NCBI GenBank assembly: GCA_963782115.1
Contig: CAWAIK010000001.1
Coordinates: 224,001-288,000, forward strand
Length of the DNA stretch: 64,000 nucleotides
Direction of reading: 5' to 3'
DNA from: an uncultured Verrucomicrobiae bacterium
GTDB lineage: Bacteria > Verrucomicrobiota > Verrucomicrobiia > Chthoniobacterales > JAFAMB01
The translations under genes and the position numbers were made by a program. Every line of letters starts with the position of its first letter. Position 1 is the stretch's first letter. The notes below the pieces were generated by a model. It was not told the DNA's origin. It searched no databases and saw only the letters and a program-made list of their open reading frames with translations. Shown here one piece after another: positions 58,362 to 64,000 of the stretch.

Positions 58362-59594
58362 ATGTCGTTGACAAACGAAGTGAGGCGGTATTTGGTCGAA
58401 CATCTGGCTGACCGGCAATTGCTCATTAGCGGGCAGGCCGTTTCCGCGATTCGCTCCAGCAACGAAATATCCAGCTCAGAGCATCTGACGGATCAGCAGT
58501 TGATCGATCATTTTCCCCAGTTATTTGCGGATCTGGTTGAATATCTCCTTACAGGCGCCGATCCCAGTGCGCGAAGACAAACGATCACGGCGGCCTTGAA
58601 ACATGGAATGACCAGATGGCAACAAGGCTACGAGCTCGTTGAAGTTATTCGAGAGCTTGGAATTGTCCAAAGATCGATCTTGGAACACGGAATAGAGAAA
58701 TTCTTCGAAGAGAACTCTCAATGGGGCAAAGGCATCCAGAGTGCTCGGAAAAATCTGGGCGCATTTTTTGAGGACTCGGTCGCTGGATCTGTGCAGCGGT
58801 ACGTCGAGAATTTCACCGACCAGCTGCGAAGCGCAAATGCCAAGCTCCTAATCGCCAATGAAAACTTGAGCCGGATAGACGAGTCGAGGCTTCGCCTTAT
58901 CCGAACGGTGAGCCACGAACTTGCGAACGTCCTCAACGCTCTGACCCTCACCGTTACTTTGATCACAACCGACACCGATGAGGCCACACGTTCAGAAATG
59001 CTTGATATTTGTCGGCGAAACGTACGGGAGATGAGCGAGTTGTTAAACGACCTGAAGGATTACTCCGTGCTGATCGCAGAAGCCGCCCCCCTTCAAATCG
59101 AGGAAATCAACGTCAAGGTATTCGGAGAGGATCTGGAATCCTCCTTCCATGCGCTAACGCAGGCCGCGGGCGTGCATCTAAATCTGCTGATCGATCCACG
59201 TCTCGATGTTATACGCAGCGATCGAAGAAAGATTCGGCAGATCATTACAAATCTGATAACAAACGCGATAAATTATTGTCGGACAACCAACAAGACGGTC
59301 GTGCTCGCGTTCCAATCGTCAAATCATGATTACTGGCAGATCGCCGTCGAAGATTCCGGCATAGGGATTCCTCCTGAGCACCTGGATTCGATATTTGAGG
59401 AATTCAAGCGAATCTCTCCCTCCGAGGAAATTAAAGGCTCAGGCCTTGGTCTTGCGATTACAAAACGTTTGGTAGAGCAGTTAAAAGGATCCATCGAAGT
59501 CTCCTCAGAGGTTGGTCACGGGAGCCGATTTGTGGTGACCATACCGAAATATAGTGTCGAATCTGGGGTACCGTCAATAGGGCGCAGCGATTAG
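58362..59594 (+). CDS. Sensor histidine kinase with an RsbRD-N-like input domain
   Basis: LIDHFP...HGMTRWQQGY; H-box VSHEL, N-box NLITNAINY, DSGIG, GSGLGL. Confidence 0.88.
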   Translation: MSLTNEVRRYLVEHLADRQLLISGQAVSAIRSSNEISSSEHLTDQQLIDHFPQLFADLVEYLLTGADPSARRQTITAALKHGMTRWQQGYELVEVIRELGIVQRSILEHGIEKFFEENSQWGKGIQSARKNLGAFFEDSVAGSVQRYVENFTDQLRSANAKLLIANENLSRIDESRLRLIRTVSHELANVLNALTLTVTLITTDTDEATRSEMLDICRRNVREMSELLNDLKDYSVLIAEAAPLQIEEINVKVFGEDLESSFHALTQAAGVHLNLLIDPRLDVIRSDRRKIRQIITNLITNAINYCRTTNKTVVLAFQSSNHDYWQIAVEDSGIGIPPEHLDSIFEEFKRISPSEEIKGSGLGLAITKRLVEQLKGSIEVSSEVGHGSRFVVTIPKYSVESGVPSIGRSD

Positions 59595-59960
59595 CATGGC
59601 TGACTTGGGTCTCGAGAAAATTAAACGAGATTGGTGCCCGACCGGCGGCGCAGCAGAATGTCTGGCGCACGCGCTCAAATGGAGACCAACGGCGACAAGG
59701 AAAGCTATGCCCACTAAAATAGCGCTGATGCCGCCGGCAGTCGCTGCGAAGCTGTCGCCGGAGAGACCATTCAGGTCTGCTCGATGTCGGTTCAAAATGA
59801 TCAGGATCCCGAAGACCGAGAAGCCGAGAGACAAGCTCACTAAGCTCATTGCGGTCCAGATCTTCTGTCGTGGCTGCCGATTGAGCAACCGGTCGGGCGT
59901 TTCGGCTTTCGACCCGAATCCCTGAGCGAATCTGAGTTTGAGATTGTTAGTAGTGCCCAT
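59574..59960 (-). CDS. Hypothetical two-TM membrane protein
   Basis: Two hydrophobic segments, ATG start. Confidence 0.45.
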   Translation of the reverse strand: MGTTNNLKLRFAQGFGSKAETPDRLLNRQPRQKIWTAMSLVSLSLGFSVFGILIILNRHRADLNGLSGDSFAATAGGISAILVGIAFLVAVGLHLSACARHSAAPPVGHQSRLIFSRPKSAMLIAAPY

Positions 59961-60290
59961 ATATCGGTTTTTCTTCGTTCAATACTACGACGAACGAACC
60001 ATCCCCTTTAGGACACCAAAGATAATGGCCGGGAGGTCTTTTTGCCAATTACGCAAAACGTTTCTGTACCAAGGCCAAGACCTTGAACCGAAGTATTGGA
60101 AAAGCACCGGGCGATGATTCTGGGTGCCGCTTTGGCTGTCGCCCACCACTGCCCCACTATTGTTCATCCCATATGTTAAAAACACGACAGCATCCCCGCT
60201 CAGTTGATTGAGCCGTGTCGCCGCATCCCATCGACCAATTCTTCTATTTGAATGCTTGAGTTATCGAGTACTTGCATTTTGTTTCTCCCT

Positions 60291-61028
60291 ATGGGACGCC
60301 TCATCATACTCTCCGGTCCTTCCTGCGTCGGCAAAGGACCATTGCACACGGCTTTCAGCAACTTTTATCCAGAAGACGCAGCGAAGTTGAGGAAGCTTGT
60401 ACTCTATAACTGTCGATCTCCGCGACCTGGGGAAATCGACAGTAAAGATTACCATTTTAGATCTCGTCAAGAAATCGAGGGGCTTCGGGAAAAGAAAAAT
60501 TTCGTGGTGTTGGATGTTCGCGGGGACCTTCAGGCAGTTGATTTGAAGAATGCCGAGGGAACACTGGCGACCGGAGATCTCCTCTTCGAAGGGAATCCGT
60601 TCGTTGGTCGGAAACTGCAGGAAGCATTTGCATCAAAGGCCACCGTCCTGAGCATTTTTCTTGCGCCGCTTTCACGAGAGGAAATCCTGTTTTTGCAATC
60701 GCAGGACCGTAGCGTGTTGCTAGCGGATTTTTTGACGGACGTGATGCGACGGAAATTGTTGCGCCGGACGCAGCGACAAAAAAATATCTTGTCCTTAAAA
60801 GATCTGGAGAACATCGAATGTCGGGCCACGAGCGCTTATACGGAACTCAAAGAGGCGTGGAAGTTCGAATACGTAATCCCGAATCATGATGGCGAAGACA
60901 GCGAAAACTGGGATGCCTTTTACTATCCACTGGGGGACGCTCGCAAAGCGTTGTTGGCATTTGCAGACCTGCTTGAGGGCAAGGTTTCGTCTTTGGTCGA
61001 GAAATGGGACGAGCACCTATTGTCATGA
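60291..61028 (+). CDS. Guanylate-kinase-like P-loop kinase (divergent)
   Basis: LIILSGPSCVGKG, RSPRPGEIDSKDYHF, IFLAP. The C-terminal half is atypical. Confidence 0.7.
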   Translation: MGRLIILSGPSCVGKGPLHTAFSNFYPEDAAKLRKLVLYNCRSPRPGEIDSKDYHFRSRQEIEGLREKKNFVVLDVRGDLQAVDLKNAEGTLATGDLLFEGNPFVGRKLQEAFASKATVLSIFLAPLSREEILFLQSQDRSVLLADFLTDVMRRKLLRRTQRQKNILSLKDLENIECRATSAYTELKEAWKFEYVIPNHDGEDSENWDAFYYPLGDARKALLAFADLLEGKVSSLVEKWDEHLLS

Positions 61029-61662
61029 TATGCCGTTCGATCAATCCTGCCGACCCCTGTGTCGACCTCACGCGTATTTCCACCACCATCAAGAGAAATT
61101 GCACAAAAGGTCTCAAAGCACCCGAAGACAGATTAACTTCGTTGCTTTTTTCTAGAATGATGAACTCCCCGGTCATATCCTACCATTCCTTTGCTTACGG
61201 CCTATTTTTGACGCAGCAGCTTTCCTAACTTCTAACTTCTAACTCCAAGCATAGGTTTCCAGCCTGTGTTTTGTTCGGACCGAGCGACGGCTTCGAGACG
61301 ATCGGAAGTGGTTACCGCGCTTGCGACCGCTTCCGCCGGCTCGCTTTGTTGTGTATAGAGATGTGGGTGGAAACCCCGCGGCCCTTCGCGGGGTCAAATT
61401 TCCGATTTTTTGATTAACATCGAAGGATGAAGAGGTTTGTCGACCGACTAGTTCCGCGACCAAGTCTGCCCAGGTCTCAGGCTCGCATTTCACTATACAC
61501 AAGTTGAATTTGATGTGATTGTTGGTCGGAACACCGAAAGCTTTACTCCGTCACCTTCGGCAAAACTTCCGAAACCTTGAAGCGTCGAATGAGACGGTCG
61601 TGGCGTTTGACGTGAACGATGTTTGCTCGGATGCGGATGTCGGTTCCATAGAGGCTTCTCGG

Positions 61663-63354
61663 ATGCAGGATTCTGCAGAGCAATTGAAATTGTATCGCCT
61701 TCTCGTAGAGAACAGCCTTGGACTCATGTGCGTCCATGATCTAGACGGCGTCCTGCGCTTTATCAATCCCGCTGCGGCACAATCACTAGGGTACACCCCG
61801 GAGGAGGGGTATACTCCGGAGGATGGTGTTGGACGAAATCTGAGAGATTTTCTGGCACCGTCTGTTCGCCATCTTTTCGATGATTACCTGTCCCGCATCC
61901 GGAGCGAGCCTACCAGCGGCGGACTCATGCGCCTGCAGGCGAGAGACGGTAGCGAGCGCATCTGGTTTTGCCGGAATATTCGATATGACGAGTTGGGAGA
62001 TTTGCCAGTGGTTCTTGGTCATGCAATCGACATCACCGAGCGGATCCGGGCAGAACGCGCTCTGAAAGAAGCCCAAACAGCCCTCCAGAAAGCTCATGAT
62101 GAATTAGCTACGCGGGTTGCCGAGCGCACTGCAGAACTGCAGCAGGCGAACGAGCGTTTGCTGGCCGAAATGGAGCAGCGCAAGCAGGTTGAAGAGGAAT
62201 TGTTCCGCGGTCGCAAGCTGGAGTCGCTTGGAGTGTTGGCCGGTGGCATCGCCCACGACTTTAACAACTTTCTTACGATCATTTCGGGGAATATCGCTCT
62301 CGCAAAGATGCACCTCAAACCTGCTGATCCAGTGTCCGATATCCTCGAGCAGGCTGCCGTGGCGTCCAAACGAGCCACCTCATTGGCTTCGCAGCTCTTG
62401 ACCTTTGGGAAGGGCGGTGCGCCGGTCCGCAGGCCAACTCCACTCGCCGGCGTCGTGAAGGATGCAGTGGATCTGGCTCAAGCCGGGGCTCAGGTCACCA
62501 TCGACCTGGTCATGGCAGGTGACCTCTGGTCCGCAGAAATCGATATTGAACAAATCAGTCAGGCGCTGCACAACATTTTGCTCAATGCACGGCAAGCGAT
62601 GCCGGAAGGCGGACCTATCGAAGTGCGTGCGGAAAACGTCATATTCGATGCCGATTCGCCACCCCTACGTAGCGGAAGGTACGTGGTGATTTCCGTTCGG
62701 GACCACGGATGCGGGATTGCGCCTGATGTTTTGCCGCGCATTTTTGACCCGTACTTCACAACAAAGCACAGCGGCAGTGGTCTCGGCCTTGCCACGGTGC
62801 ATGCAATTATAGCCAAACATGAGGGCCATATCACCGTGCAGTCGATGCTGGGCGTGGAGACTACGGTCTCTGTCTTCCTCCGGGCGTGCGCGGGAGCGCG
62901 ACTCTCGGAATCTGCGATTGGTCAGCAGTTGCAAGCCGGCTCGGGCCGGATTTTGGTGATGGATGATGAAGAATCGCTTCGCAGACTCTTGGCGCAGATT
63001 CTGAAGAGGTTGGGGTACGAAGTAGAGTCCGCCCGAGAGGGAGCGGAAGCAATCGAGCTATATCAAAGAGCGAAAGACTCAGGGCATCGTTTCGACGCTG
63101 TTCTGGTAGATTTGACCATTCCTGGAGGTATGGGCGGCAAAGAGGTAGCCGCCCGCCTGAGGGAAATTGATGACTCTGTGATATTGATTGTCTCCAGCGG
63201 GTACTCCAATATCCCCATCATGTCCGACTTTCGCAGGTATGGTTTTGACGATGTGATCTCTAAGCCTTGGACACCCCTCCAGCTGAGCCAAGTGTTACGG
63301 CGCTATACGCCACCACTTGGAATTTCGACAAGGCGGCAAAGTGACGAAAGATGA
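61663..63354 (+). CDS. PAS-domain hybrid histidine kinase/response regulator
   Basis: PAS/PAC, AGGIAHDFNN, NILLNARQAM, DHGCG, FDPYFTTK, GSGLGL, receiver VMDDE...DLTIP...KP. Confidence 0.9.
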   Translation: MQDSAEQLKLYRLLVENSLGLMCVHDLDGVLRFINPAAAQSLGYTPEEGYTPEDGVGRNLRDFLAPSVRHLFDDYLSRIRSEPTSGGLMRLQARDGSERIWFCRNIRYDELGDLPVVLGHAIDITERIRAERALKEAQTALQKAHDELATRVAERTAELQQANERLLAEMEQRKQVEEELFRGRKLESLGVLAGGIAHDFNNFLTIISGNIALAKMHLKPADPVSDILEQAAVASKRATSLASQLLTFGKGGAPVRRPTPLAGVVKDAVDLAQAGAQVTIDLVMAGDLWSAEIDIEQISQALHNILLNARQAMPEGGPIEVRAENVIFDADSPPLRSGRYVVISVRDHGCGIAPDVLPRIFDPYFTTKHSGSGLGLATVHAIIAKHEGHITVQSMLGVETTVSVFLRACAGARLSESAIGQQLQAGSGRILVMDDEESLRRLLAQILKRLGYEVESAREGAEAIELYQRAKDSGHRFDAVLVDLTIPGGMGGKEVAARLREIDDSVILIVSSGYSNIPIMSDFRRYGFDDVISKPWTPLQLSQVLRRYTPPLGISTRRQSDER

Positions 63355-63546
63355 TTCCGCGAACCCTTGTCAGCGGTCAACGAAAACGAGCCCGCTTTCT
63401 TGCAGATAGGACAGGTAGCGACGGCGGAAACTGGATTGGAAGGAGTTCAAAAAAGACGCCTAAAGATTTCTCAACGCCGCAGCCACCATCGATTCGCCGC
63501 TCACAGGAATCGTGGGCCGCACTGATCTGAGTGACTTTTGATTTAT

Positions 63547-63990
63547 TTATGCGAGTTGTTCTGAGCCAGCGGCGAGTTGGGCTTCCAATCCGGCGATGCG
63601 GGCTTTCAGGGGCGCGGCATACTTTTCCACCTCGCCGGCGGTGAAGCGCGGAGTGATGTATTGCGGGCAGTTCCAGTCGTACGAAATGACCTGGATGAGG
63701 AACAACCGCTCCGCCTTGCTGCGGAGCGCCTCGGGGACGAGTTGGTCGACGAGTTCGGGATGCTCGCGCGCGTTGAGCACGCGAGCGTGGCCAAACAGTT
63801 TGAGCCGGGTGCGGTGGGGGTAGTCCATCATGAAGAGGGCCACCCGATCGTTGGCGTCGAGGTTGCCCGTACTCACAAGTTGACGGTTGCCTTTAAAATC
63901 CGCGAACCCGATGAGATTCGGTCCAAAGTATTTGTCCTGGGCCTGCTGTACGGCAGCCGTGAGCACGAGTTGCATGTATTTCTTAGCCAT
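63547..63990 (-). pseudogene. Pyridoxamine 5'-phosphate oxidase-like FMN-binding protein with an apparent internal in-frame deletion
   Basis: ADFKGNRQLVSTGN, MDYPHRTRLK and DWNCPQYITPR are present, but the usual ...GWPYxQHRGG...GF segment is absent between DKYFG and PNLIG. Confidence 0.65.
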
Positions 63991-64000
63991 GGCGTCTATC

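Noticed and set aside
60090..60185. Short minus-strand peptide YGMNNSGAVVGDSQSG resembling an extracellular HAF-type repeat
   Set aside because: A single short unit with no supporting ORF; possibly a remnant but too weak to annotate.

Overview
A GC-rich bacterial chromosomal window; gene content and protein style suggest a soil Verrucomicrobium (Chthoniobacterales-like), which is an inference only. The left ~16 kb is an apparent lipid/polyketide gene cluster cut by the window edge. It has a single-module, fully reducing, C-methylating type I PKS (KS-AT-DH-cMT-ER-KR-ACP, no TE), a stand-alone condensation-domain protein, a desaturase and a MacB/LolCDE-type ABC exporter. Divergent from these are an AsnB-type amidotransferase, a lipoprotein amidase and an RMDN-like TPR protein. 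Next come a sugar/polyol ABC uptake and catabolism operon and a decayed accessory stretch (about 22.7-31.6 kb) with gene remnants, a ~280-bp MITE, REP-like repeats and a fragmented PAS/GAF kinase bracketed by a 43-bp inverted repeat. After that are rtcB, metabolic and transport genes, a gdhA plus cNMP-binding cassette, an orphan dnaA preceded by DnaA boxes (candidate oriC), leuA, and a stress/signalling block (ECF sigma, two AI-2E transporters, two histidine kinases). I found no rRNA, tRNA, CRISPR array or transposase by eye. The best candidate for an undescribed system is the PKS + stand-alone C domain + AsnB/amidase/TPR cluster.
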